64,000 nucleotides of DNA, taken from Penicillus capitatus (lineage: Eukaryota > Plantae > Chlorophyta). A model generated the notes under the pieces. It saw nothing but the letters and a program-made list of their open reading frames with translations. It did no database searches and was not told where the DNA came from. Shown in pieces: positions 12,815 through 24,913 of this stretch (the stretch's first letter is position 1; every line of letters begins with the position of its first letter). The position numbers and the translations under genes were made by a program. The stretch is taken from the NCBI GenBank assembly GCA_965649825.1, contig OZ287696.1:1274081-1338080 (forward strand), read 5' to 3'.

Positions 12815-13589
12815 CTATTCCCCTTTGGATGGACCCCGTGGGCGGCTAGTGATTTCAAAGGCTCCAGCTGGACATTCGAAATAGCGTCTCAACAAAATCG
12901 CAGCAGCCGTTGCATCCAGACCTTTCTGTCGCGGCCATGATACGTCAAAACCACAAGCGTGTGACGCCGTACCCGCTTTCGTCTTTGATGATGTCGTCGA
13001 CTTCGTGATGGCGATCTTTCTAGTGACGTATAGACATCCTCCATGCCATCGTCAAAGTACTCCGATTCCAGACCTCTCTCGGCGTCGCGGGACGTCCGAA
13101 ATTCATCTGCAGACCCACCGCCTTAGGATCTGCGTCGCTCGATGCTCGACGACAATACCGTACAGAAAGACGCGAATCTCATCTTCCGTCGCGGATGATG
13201 CCAACCATCGAGCAAAATTTCGACAACGGCGTCCCTAGCGACGCACATCGGCAGAGGTTCTCTGCTTAGACGGACGACCCCGTGACGTACATGTCTGGAA
13301 TCTGTCGATGGGTCTGCTATGCTGCCTGTGTATGTGCAGGGCATGCCCACAATGATCCCTTCCACACTTTCTGCTCTCGCTAACTGTAATGCCTCTCTCG
13401 CCGTCTCCATCCATACTCTCTCCGTCTTGATGACCTATCTCCGCCGAGTTCGAGATGGGTCAGTCCGTGATGAAGGTCGGATGACGGATGCACTTTGAGA
13501 GGACGTGGAGCAAACCCTCCATGACTCACGGCGATTCCCGTGAGCTTCGTGCCACAGTCAATTCCCAGAACGTTGGGCAATGCCTTCAT
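12815..13589 (-). CDS. YqgF/RuvX-family nuclease (putative pre-16S rRNA nuclease), multi-exon
   Basis: VLGIDCGTKLTGIAVS; EGIIVGMP; last exon GLDATAAAILLRRYF ending at TAG 12815-12817. Confidence 0.85.
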
Positions 13590-13646
13590 GTACGGCAGCT
13601 AGAATGCAGTTGATACCGACATTATTTCTCTTCGTTCTTTGATTTC

Positions 13647-15356
13647 GTGATGTCCGCGGATTTGAATGAAACGCGCGACGCCGCAGCACCTGACGAATTA
13701 CCAGTGGACTCGAGTTCGCAAAACAACGCAGCGAATAAAGGCTGGGAGAAAGTTCGGCGAAAAGTTATGTCTATCGTTGGAGCGTCCTGTAATTTTCATA
13801 CACTCCGAGACATGTACGGCGAAATCGTCCTTGAGCCTGCCAAGCTTAAACTGATAAAGACAATAGCAAGTACGCCCCGGACAGACCGATTAAGGCCAAC
13901 CTCCATTTTGTCAATATTCAGCGGGGAATTATGGAACCGTCGCCGAATTTGAGTACACTGAGGAAGATGGACAGACAACGCGCCTGGCAATAAAGAGACT
14001 GAGGCCTGGAGATGTCTCAGCACAGGTATACCCACACTAGGGTGGACTTCATCTTCACTAACAGAGGGAGAATGGCAACAGGGATTCCTGGATTTTATGA
14101 AAGAGGTCAAAATTCTCAAACAGGTAAGAAGTCTCGTCTGACAGAACCGCACTGAGCTCTGATGGGCTGCTTACCAGTTGAGGCATAGTCGCATTGCTGC
14201 GTTTCGTGGGACGGGATATCTCCCAGCCGAGAATGAAGGAGAAGAAGATGACCTTTTCTTGGTTACACACATCCTAAGCTGACACTTGTGTGATGCGATG
14301 GCGTCTGGTCGAGGTCAGGCACAAGAACTTATGGACGGTGGGACGCTGAGAGCAAAATTGGAGAAACAGAGAGCAATGAAAGACGAGAAACTCTACTCAT
14401 TGTGCGATTGTGTTTGCACGAGACAGAGGGCAGTCAGTTGTCTACGTGTGTATGGTTTGCAGATCAGAAGGGCTAACGTGGTTGTTCGATGTTGCATGTG
14501 CATTGGCTTATCTCCACAATTCTGAACCGTTGGTTATTCACAGAGATCTGAAGCCCGAGAACATCATGCTCACACGTATGTCCCGCACAGTTGTCTGCTC
14601 AGCTCGTCAAACGGCCTTTCAGAAGACCAAGTCGCCAAGATTGTCGACTTTGGTCTGCACAAAGTCGTTGGTAACACATCTTGCCTGACGGGGAGTACAT
14701 GCGATTCATGTGGCACCGTTTAGACAAATGGGAGAGAGAAGACGCGCGGGATGAAGATGGATTTTATGACATGACAGGCGGAACAGGAGCATATGTTTAC
14801 ATGGCTCCCGAGGCCTTCTTAGGCCACAGATACAATCACAAAGTTGACGTTTTTTCATTTGCCATTGTTGCGTGGGAAGTCGTGCACTACCAAATGTTGA
14901 TTACAAGAGTGTGCGTGACTGGCTCTGCTTCCGAAGTGAAGAACTATGCAAAGTATGTGGCAAAAGAAGGATTCCGGCCGCAACTCTCCGGGACATTACC
15001 GAAAGCTTTGGGTAAGAACAGCGATACATCTCTGTCCTCTGTTATGGCCACCTGAATGCGCAGCGGATTTAATTGATCAGATGTGGCAGCAAGACCCAAC
15101 CAATCGGTAATCCCCTTCACTGTTAATGCATGGATGATGTGTGACGTAGCCCCGAGTTCAACGAAATTGTTACAAGACTCAAAAAGATTCTCGGTATGCT
15201 CTGCACGAATCCGCCGATCAGATGTTGAAAGGAGACGTGTTTGTTGTAGACGAAGTGAAAGAAAAGGAAGAGCGAGATCGCGTCAAAGATGTGCCCAGAT
15301 CGCCGTCGCCGCCGCCTAAGAAGTCATGGAAGTTATTGTGCTGCTTTGGCGCCTGA
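13647..15356 (+). CDS. TKL-group Ser/Thr/Tyr protein kinase, multi-exon
   Basis: HRDLKPENIML, DFGLHK, YDMTGGTGAYVYMAPE, KVDVFSFAIVAWE; the C-terminus reads KKSWKLLCCFGA*. Confidence 0.88.
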
Positions 15357-15569
15357 TCTTTGCACCAACTTCCTACAAGTGTGCTTCGCGAAAGGCATGT
15401 CCCGACATCCTGTGTTTTCCATTCTCGCTATCCTGATTCATTTTCTGCAATGCGAAAGACGGCGCATGCGTGACAAAAAGGAGTAGAGTGTAGTACCGCT
15501 GTGTAATCTGTCTGATTTCAGATTTCTCTCATTTCACACGCGGATTGCATGCGAACATTGACGAACGAC

Positions 15570-18500
15570 ATGGACCTCAAGACCAAACGTACATGGCGCA
15601 TCGCCATCGTCGCCATGCTTCTCTCAGTCGCCATTTCGAAACCCGAAGTGTCGAAGACGGAGCTCTGGGGAGACGGACTGCGCGTCGTCCATGCCGGCGA
15701 GATCTCGACCATCTATCTTCGGACGCGAGATCAAGAAGGTTTGACAAAGCGTGCGTCTGTTCCGGAAGCAGTGTGCAAACAGGCTCTCTTCTCCCGGTCG
15801 ATGTTTCTGAGATCGCCGCTTACTGCCTCAGTCTGCCAGACAAGCCGGCAGATTTCTGTGACAGTGGTCCCACGGTCATTGCCGATTCGCCGTGGCAAAT
15901 ACGCGTGGAATTCGTCGTGGGACGTTTCGAGGCGGTCGAGCGCGATCCGTCTATTATGCACCCCAATCCTTTGCCCGATGACTTTTTCTCAGCGACTGAA
16001 CATCGGATGCATATCACCGTCCTCGGAGATGCCGTCCCCGGAAGCCCATTTGCCCCACTCTTTCTTGGCGCTGACGAAATCGGACCAGCTAACTGCGAAT
16101 TCCACGCCTCGTATCCTGTCATCTTCGCCGGAGAAGGCGGAAGCGTCGGAGACCTCATTAAGATACGCGACAGATTCGGAAACAATATACGACCCGCGTC
16201 ACTCGTCGAACGCATTTCCGGAAATCTCACTCTTTTGACTCCGTATGACTGGACGCCCATAGAAGACAAGCCAGCTGAATTGACGCCGACTTGGCTTTTT
16301 ACTAACTGGTTTATCAGTATGCAAGTCGATTGTTACGTGGCTGGACAGTACCGCTTGAACATTGATTACGCTCAAGACAATGACACTTCCGTTCCGATTC
16401 CGATTAGGCTGAGCAACGGTTCGACGTTGCAACCAAGCGTGACAGTCGAATGTGCACCAGGCAAGCTTCACTCTATTTCGCTGGAGAGGCAGGGCGAAGC
16501 TGCGCTTGGATCCGAAGTGACTCTCGTTGCTCAGGCTTACGACAGTCAAGGAAATGCGGCATACTTCGGTCCTGCCGTGAGAAATGACACACTCGTGCCG
16601 ATCGAGGAACAAGATATTGATAATACCGAGGTCCTTATCGAACATGAGTCGTGCAGCTGTACGATGTTGAGCTCACTGGATGTGGAATTGATGACGGAAA
16701 GACCCGGATGCCTTTCTATACGCTTCTCCACAGAGACCGCCGGAAAGCACACCATCCGAATTCTCTATAGGAACGTCGACTACGTTCAGAATCCGTTTGC
16801 GGTCGAACTCCAGTTGCTTCAGCGAGTTATCGATCCGACAGCTTCTGTAGTCGATGCGAGTTTCCTTTTTGTCATTGACAATATAATTCATCTGTACGCT
16901 GGAGAGGATAAGTGGTTCTTCGTGTACTTGCGTGACAAAGATGACACGCCAACCGAAGGCAATCCGGAGGAACTGGTAGCGAAGCTCTTTCGACAAGACG
17001 TACCTTCGCAAGATCCAACGATACTGTCCAAACGGTCTATGGCCGGGCAGGGCATTGACGGAGTTTACGCCATCCAGATTAAGATGACAACTGCGGCGAT
17101 GTATAGGCTGGTCGTCACTTACCAGGGCATCGAGATTACAAATCCGTACAGCACAGTTATCATCTATCACTCTTTGGATGTCAGTCCTGAGCGGTCGTAC
17201 ATTGTGGGCTCTGCAATCGGCATCGAAATCGGACGGGAAGACGATCCACAGTACGATGAGCCAGAGCTCTATCGCCAGGTGGCCGGCCGAAACATGAGCT
17301 TAATCGTTATTGCAGTCGACCCGTATGGAAACGAACATGGCTCGACGAAGCCAGGATTCACAATGAACCAGGAGATCATTTCTGCTTCCTCGTGGATGCA
17401 GGTCTACGAATGGGGAGACGGAAAGACGCGATTCTATTTTTCTATCCAGACGTCTGGAAGATACCACCTAAGAACGGACCTCGGCACAACACTCAACTAT
17501 CAGGCATACTTAACAGTGTATCCAGCCGAGCCAGTTGTTTCCGAATGTCGCTTATTCGATATGCAGTCCATCGTCGCTGGCGAGGAGGGATATGGATTTC
17601 TGTACGCCGAGGATCGATTTAGAAACGTCTACGATGAACGATTCTTCGACCTGTTCACCAACAGCCTGTTTGATATCACTCTGACCCACACTACAGCAGC
17701 CTCGGAAGATGGTCCTCACTCAGTCGTCTTCACTACGTACAACACAGCAATGAACGCCATGCAGTTTCGTTACAATCCGACACGGGCGGGCGAGTACAAC
17801 GTAAGAGCGATGACTCAGAACTCGCCGATCCCAGGTGGCGGCGGCACAATTAACGTCTGGATTTCAAGCATTGTCAGTCCAGAGAGGTCGTTTATCGTTG
17901 GCTCGGCAATAGGTATTGAAATCGGACGGGAAGACGACCCACAGTACGATGAGCCAGAGCTCTATCGCCAGGTGGCTGGAACGAATATGAGCTTGATCGT
18001 TACGGCAGTCGACCCTTACGACAACGTCCACATTTCGTCGAAGCCAGGATTCACGATGAATCAGGTAATCCGCTCAGCGGCAGTATCGATGCAGGTCTAC
18101 GAATGGGGAGACGGAAAGACACGGTTCTATTTTTCTATTCAGACATCTGGAACCTACTACTTAAAAACGAAAGTCGGGACAGCGCTCAACTATGAGGCAT
18201 ACTTGGACGTGTCGCCAGCTGAGCCACTTGCTTCTAACTGTCGCGTATTCGATCTGCAGTTATCCGCTGGCGAGGAAAGACATGGATTTCTGCAAGTCCA
18301 GGATCGTTACAGAAACGTTTACGATGCACAGTTCAGTGACATGATAGATGTCACACAATTTGAGGTCGGTCTGGTCCATAGTACAGCAGTTTCGGTAGAC
18401 GACGTTCAAATGGTCGTCTTCAACGGATTCAATGCGCAACTGGACGCCGTGAAATTTAGCTACAGTCTGACGCAGACGGGAGAGTACATGATCGGTGCCT

Positions 18501-21500
18501 TCTTTCAGAATACTCCGATCCAAGGAAACGGCGATAGATTCGTCGTCGGGTTTTCCTCAGCTGTCAGTCCTGAGCGGTCGTACATTGTGGGCTCAGCAAC
18601 TGGCATCGAAATCGGTCGAGAAGACGATCCACAATACGCCAGGCCAGAGGACTTTCGACAGGTAGCCGGCCTAAACATGAGCTTAATCGTCACGGCAGTC
18701 GATCCTTACGGAAACGAACATACCTCGACGAAGCCAGGATTCACAATGAACCAGGAAATTGTTTCTGCCGCGGCATGGATGGAGGTTTATGAATGGGGAG
18801 ACGGAAAGACGCGATTCTACTTCTCGATCCACAGGTCTGGAACTTATTACTTGAGAACGGATTTTGGAACTGCGCTTAATTATGAGGCATACTTAGACGT
18901 ATCGCCAGCTGAGCCGCTTGCTTCCAACTGTCGCGTATATGATGTACACTCCGTCAACGCTGGTGAAGAAGGACACGGATTTCTGGAAGTCGAAGATCGT
19001 TTTGCGAATGTTTACGACGCACAGTTCAGAGACATGATCGACGTAACACAGTTTCATATCACTCTGACTCATAGCGAAGCAACGTCAGAAGATGACGCTC
19101 ATCCGGTCGTCTTCACTGAGTACAATACGCAACTCAACGCCATGCAGTTTAGCTACAGTCTGACGCAAGCAGGAGAGTACACGATCTCAGCCGACTATCA
19201 GAACTCTCCGATGCAAGGAAACGACGACACGTTTATCGTCTATCCTTCCATAGTTATCAGTCCTGAGCTGTCTTTCATCGTTGGCTCTGCAATCGGCATT
19301 GAAGTCGGACGGGAACATCATCCTCAGTACGCCAGGCCAGAGGACTTTCTTCAAATGGCCGGCCTTAACATGAGCTTAATCGTTACGGCAGTCGACCCTT
19401 ACGATAACGTCCACATCTCGTCGAAGCCTGGATTCACAATGAACCAGGAAATCACCTCTGCGGCGGCGTGGATGGAGGTCTACGAATGGGGAGACGGAAA
19501 GACGCGATTCTACTTTTCCATTCACAGGTCTGGAATGTACTATCTGAGAACGGACCTCGGCACAACGCTCAACTATCAGGCACACTTATTCGTGTCGCCG
19601 GCAGAGCCTCTTGCTTCTAACAGTCGGGTATTCGGCGTGCATTCTCTCGAGGCTGGCGAAGAAGGAGGTGGATTTCTGGAGGTCGAAGACCGTTTTGCCA
19701 ACGTCTATGATACAATGTTCAGAGACTTGATCGACGTCACGCAATTTCATATCACTCTGAACCCCATTGCAGCAGATTCGGAGGATAGCACTTACCCAGT
19801 CGTTTTCACAGAGTACAATACAGAACAAGACGCCATGCAGTTTCGCTATAGTCTGACGCAAGCAGGAGAATACACGATCGCAGCCGACTATCAGAACTCT
19901 TCGATGCAAGGAGACGGCGACACGTTTATCGTCTATCCTTCCTCAGTTGTCAGTCCCGAGAGGTCGTTTATCGTGGGCTCGGCAATTGGTATCGAAATCG
20001 GACGGGAAGACGACATACAGTACGCAAGACCAGAGGACTTCCGTCAGGTGGCCGGCCTTAACATGAGCTTGATTGTTACAGCAGTCGACCCTTACGATAA
20101 CGTCCACATTACGTCGAAGCCTGGATTCACAATGAATCAGGTGATCCGTTCAGCAGCGGCCTGGATGGAGGTCTATGAATGGGGAGACGGAAAGACGCGA
20201 TTCTATTTTTCCATTCACATATCTCGAACCTACTATCTAAAAACGAAAGTCGGAACAGCGCTCAATTATGAGGCATACTTAGAGGTATCACCGGCAGAAC
20301 CACTTGCTTCCAACTGTCGCGTGCTGGACGTACAATCCGTCAATGCTGGTGAAGATGGAGAAGGATTTCTGCAAGTTCAGGATCGTTTTGCGAATGTTTA
20401 CGATGCACAATTCAGAGACATGATCGACGTAACACAGTTTCATATCACTCTGACTCACAGCGAAGCAACGTCCGAAGATGACGCGCATCCGGTCGTCTTC
20501 ACCGAGTACAATACAGAACACGACGCTATGCGGTTTCGCTACAGTCTGACAAAGTCGGGAGAGTATACGATCACAGCCGACTATCAGAACTCTCCGATGC
20601 AAGGAGACGGCGACACGTTTATCGTGTGGCCTTCCTCAGTTGTTAGTCCAGAGAGGTCGTTTATCGTGGGCTCTGCCATCGGCATCGAGGTCGGACGGGA
20701 ACATCATCCTCAGTACGCAAGACCTGAGGACTTTCTCCAAATGGCCGGCCTTAACATGAGCTTAATCGTTACGGCAGTCGACCCTTACGATAACGTCCAC
20801 ATTTCGTCGAAGCCTGGATTCACAATGAATCAAGAAATCATTTCTGCAGCGGCGTGGATGGAGGTCTACGAATGGGGAGACGGAAAGACGCGATTCTACT
20901 TCTCTATCCACAGGTCTGGAATGTACTATCTGAGAACAGACCTCGGCACAACGCTCAACTATCAGGCACACTTATTCGTGTCGCCAGCAGAGCCTCTTGC
21001 TTCCAACAGTCGGGTATTCGGCGTGCAGTCTCTCGAGGCTGGCGAAGAAGGAGGTGGATTTCTGGAAGTTGAGGATCGTTTTGCCAACGTCTATGATACA
21101 ATGTTCAGAGACTTGATCGACGTCACGCAATTTCATATCACTCTGAACCCCAGCTCAAGAGACTTGGAAGATGACGCTCAGCCAGTCGTCTTCACCGAGT
21201 ATAATATGCAACTCGACGTCATGCAGTTTCGCTATAGTCTGACGCAAGCAGGAGAGTACACGATCGCAGCCGACTATCAGAACTCTCCAATGCAAGGAGA
21301 CGGCGATAAATTCGTCGTCTATCCTTCCTCAGTTGTCAGTCCCGAGAGGTCGTTTATCGTTGGCTCGGCAATTGGCGTTGAAATCGGACGGGAACAGTAC
21401 CTAAGGGCAGAGGATTATCGCCAGGTGGCTGGTCTAAATATGAGCTTCGTCATCACGGCAGTCGACCCTTACGGAAACGTCCACATCTCGTCGAAGCCTG

Positions 21501-23183
21501 GATTCACAATGAATCAGGAAATTGTTTCTGCCGCGGCATGGATGGAGGTTTATGAATGGGGAGACGGAAAGACGCGATTCTACTTCTCTATCCAGACGTC
21601 TGGAAGATACTATCTGAGAACGCATCTCGGAACTGCGCTCAATTATCACGCATACTTAGAGGTATCGCCGGCCGAGCCGCTTGCTTCCAACTGTCGCATT
21701 TTTGACGTACAATCCGTCAACGCTGGTGATGAAGGACACGGATTTCTGGAAGTCAAAGATCGTTTTGCGAATGTTTACGATGCACAATTCAGAGACATGA
21801 TTGATATCACACAGTTTCATCTCACTCTGATTCACACCGCAGCCAACTCCAACGATGGCGCTCAGCCGGTCGTCTTTACTGGCTACAATGCGGAACGTAG
21901 CGCCATGGAGTTTCACTTCAATCTGACGCAGTCTGGAAAATACAGAATCGCAGCCGTGTTCCAGAACTCGCCAATCCAGGGAAGCGGCGGCGCTTTAAGC
22001 ATACATGCATCACCCGTCAACTACAACCATACGCAAGCATCAGATGTTGTCAGCGACGTCGTCGCTGGCCACGGCATTGAAATCCGGATCGTAACGCGCG
22101 ATTTCTATGGAAATATCGCAACAGAAGAGGAAGATCTCGCACAACGAACTCGAATCAACATCACGCGTATCGCTACGACAGAACGCGAAGTAGTGAACCC
22201 GACGACACAGCATGAAGCTTCGAATGCAACAAAAGAACACGAAGTGGTGAACGCGACGTCACAGCACGAAGCAGTGAATGCAACAAAAGAACACGAAGCG
22301 GTGAACGCGACGTCACAGCATGAAGCTTCGAATGCAACAAAAGAACACGAAGCGGTGAACGCGACGTCACAGCATGAAGCTTCGAATGCAACAAAAGAAC
22401 ACGAAGCGGTGAACGCGACGACGTCGATTGTTGAGGTGTATCCTGGACTGCTAGCGGTCGAGGTGAACTTGACGACGGTTGGAAGCTATACTTTTCGTGT
22501 ACAGATCGACGGCAACGACATCTTATCTGGCAACTCAAGCTGCGTCGTGCATCCGGACGTATTCGATGCTGCGACGTCGGCGATTATGTTGGCGGCGAAT
22601 GTGCCTGTCGGAGAATGGAACGACATCATGCTTTTGCCGATGGATAGGTTCCGCAATGTGTTGGCTCCTCTCTCGAATCTCTCCATCTCCACAAACGCGA
22701 CGGACGTCGAGATTCGGCCGTTTGGATTGGCGGATGTCGGCGGCGGATGGATGAGGGCACAGTATTGGCTCGGCAGTGTCGGCAATTTCACTCTCGATGT
22801 ACAGCAGAATACCAAGACGATCTGGAATTTCTCCATCACCGCCGTTTCCAATACATCCACGAGTGAGGGCTGGGCACACACATCCATGATCCGTATATTT
22901 GACGCTCTTCTGTGCGATTTTAGGCTGGTATACTTTATCGAATACGTTATCCCTTATCAAGAAATGGCAGAACAGCGACAGGGCGCGCATCATCATGATC
23001 GTTTGCTTAGCAGTGGCACTCCTTGCTGGCTGCTGGATCTGCTTAAGGGACTCAAGTGACGACGACTCATCCTATGACGACTCAAGTGACGACGATTCGT
23101 CTTGTGATGACTCCTCAAGTGATGGTGCCGATCACTCTTCGTCGAATTCGACTCTTTCGATGGGAAGCCTATCGTTGCCATAA
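15570..23183 (+). CDS. Giant type-I membrane protein with filamin/Ig-like repeats (GEX2/FUS1-like architecture)
   Basis: Exon 1 (15570-15738) has a signal peptide (MDLKTKRTWRIAIVAMLLSVAIS) and LWGDGLRVVHAGEISTIYLRTRDQEG. A 44-nt phase-1 intron (15739-15782) joins it to the long ORF. A second intron (22863-22923) joins a final exon with a TM helix (IIMIVCLAVALLAGCWICL) and an Asp/Ser tail. Filamin-like motifs AG...D.YGN recur. Confidence 0.85.
17183..22015 (+). repeat. Seven tandem ~693-bp (231-aa) coding repeats, each two Ig/filamin-like domains
   Basis: The SPE(R/L)S motif starts at 17183, 17876, 18566, 19259, 19952, 20645 and 21338. YEWGDGKTRFYFSI is invariant in all seven copies. Confidence 0.93.
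22187..22423 (+). repeat. 27/54-bp coding repeat encoding an array of N-A-T sequons
   Basis: VNPTTQHEA SNATKEHEV VNATSQHEA VNATKEHEA VNATSQHEA SNATKEHEA VNATSQHEA SNATKEHEA VNATT. Confidence 0.92.
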
Positions 23184-23598
23184 AGGACGTCTTATCTTAC
23201 GACATGCACCGGACTTCATGACGCAATGTTTGTCGAGAGTCTTCGCTCAGCACATAGACGTGAAATGACAGATAGACGCCATACCTTTTTAACGAAACAT
23301 TGGCCGAACTGCTCCGAAACGCGATCGCGGGACTAACGCTCTTACCGTTGCGGCAGCTGACGTGCTTTATATCTCTACAAACCAACTGGCGGGACCGTTC
23401 ATCAAACTTCTTTCACTGCTCCTTTGCGCAGACTGTGGATCTCGGACAATTAAATCTGTCTATCTGTCTGTTTGTCTTTGCACATCTACAACGATGTTTC
23501 TAGATAGATCTCAGGGCGGAGGCATGTTGCGGCGAAGCCTCTATTCGCCTCCCGTTAATGTAAACGAAGAATGGAGTCAAGGATCATGGAAGCAATGT

Positions 23599-24745
23599 CT
23601 ACGATGATGCAACCATTTTTTTAGTATCACAATGTGTTGTCCGTGGCAGTCTTCGGAGGAGCCTCGAAATCAATTCGAAGCTTGTAAAGGTGATGGCCGC
23701 CGAAGGCACTGCTCGGCAGAGATTGATGCCACATCCCTTGTAGAATCCACGAATGCCGTGTTCTTTGACAATCATTCGAAAGGTGTCCTTCAGTCCAGAG
23801 AATGGCTTGGTCCCGTTGAGATGCATATGCGATCGGAGGACTTCGTGAGGATAGGTGATGGTCGATGCCACCATTTTTGATAGACTGGAGGCGAGAATGA
23901 GTTCGTGCACTGAGAGCTCTCTCCGTTTTCCATCTGCTCGACGTGAGAGGCGCGATTTGAGATTCTCGTAGAGGGGAAACTGCACGGCGACGTGTGCTAT
24001 GCCGAGGAAAGAGGGGACCAATCCAGCATAGAGGCGGCTGAATCCCTCTTTGCGGATGATGCTCTGGAGACCATCGAGTGTCCCGCGGTAACGCTGCCAG
24101 TTTGTTTTTAGGCCCATTCCCTGAGTCTGCAATCGCGTCTTCACCACCCAGAGGGGATTGGTCACCACAATGGTGGAGATTCCTGCGCCGATCGCTGCAA
24201 ACATATGCACCACTGGAGAACTCCTCTCTGCACAAAACCCTTCTCGAACAACCCAGTCAACAATACCACTGGGGTTTCACCATCGGCGAAGGGCATGTAG
24301 GTCTGCTTCAGATGTTCATACACCGAGAAGTACACCTGCCGTCACATCATCCCATTCTTATTACCAGAGAGATTCTGTGCCGTATGCTCACTGCCCAGTT
24401 GGGTACAAGGGCAATCAGGGTCGGCGACAGTCCTTTGTACAGTCCACCCACACCTTCTTCGCGCACCACGAGTCGAACAGCGTCTGTCATGGAACAGGGT
24501 ATCTCATCCTTGCAGTCGAATCTGCTGTTGCCACACGATACTCGCAAGCGATGTGTACTTCCTCTGACGCGACTGGACTTGAAATCGTGTGCGGAGTACA
24601 TCCAGTGGACAGACAGCGATTGCCGTGATGCCGCCTACGAGGCAGCGTCAAAATTCGTGGCCCTAACGGGAACAGTAGTCTCGCCTGAGAGTGCTCCCGA
24701 TACACTGCCGATGAGATCGTCACGTGAGACATGCGGAGGTCTCAT
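23599..24745 (-). CDS. Mitochondrial carrier family, NAD+ transporter (NDT1/2-like), multi-exon
   Basis: Three PX[DE]XX[KR] repeats (CPLDVLRTRFQ, NPLWVVKTRLQ, YPHEVLRS). GLYKGLSPTLIALVPNWAV and AHVAVQFPLYE are typical of NDT carriers. Confidence 0.88.
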
Positions 24746-24913
24746 TCAACCCGTCGATGCAACGATGTGGGGATGGTGGACTCGTTGTCGACGAGACAGC
24801 CACTCTTCACAGAATGACGCCGTAATGAAGCATCATCGTCGGCATCTTCGACAAGCGCATTCTTGAAACGAACGGACTCCGTCGTTTGTCTGCACTTTGT
24901 GTGTCTGTGCTCG

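Noticed and set aside
15545-23059. The 2504-aa ORF taken literally
   Set aside because: Both termini read through introns. Splicing yields a signal peptide and a TM helix that the raw ORF lacks.
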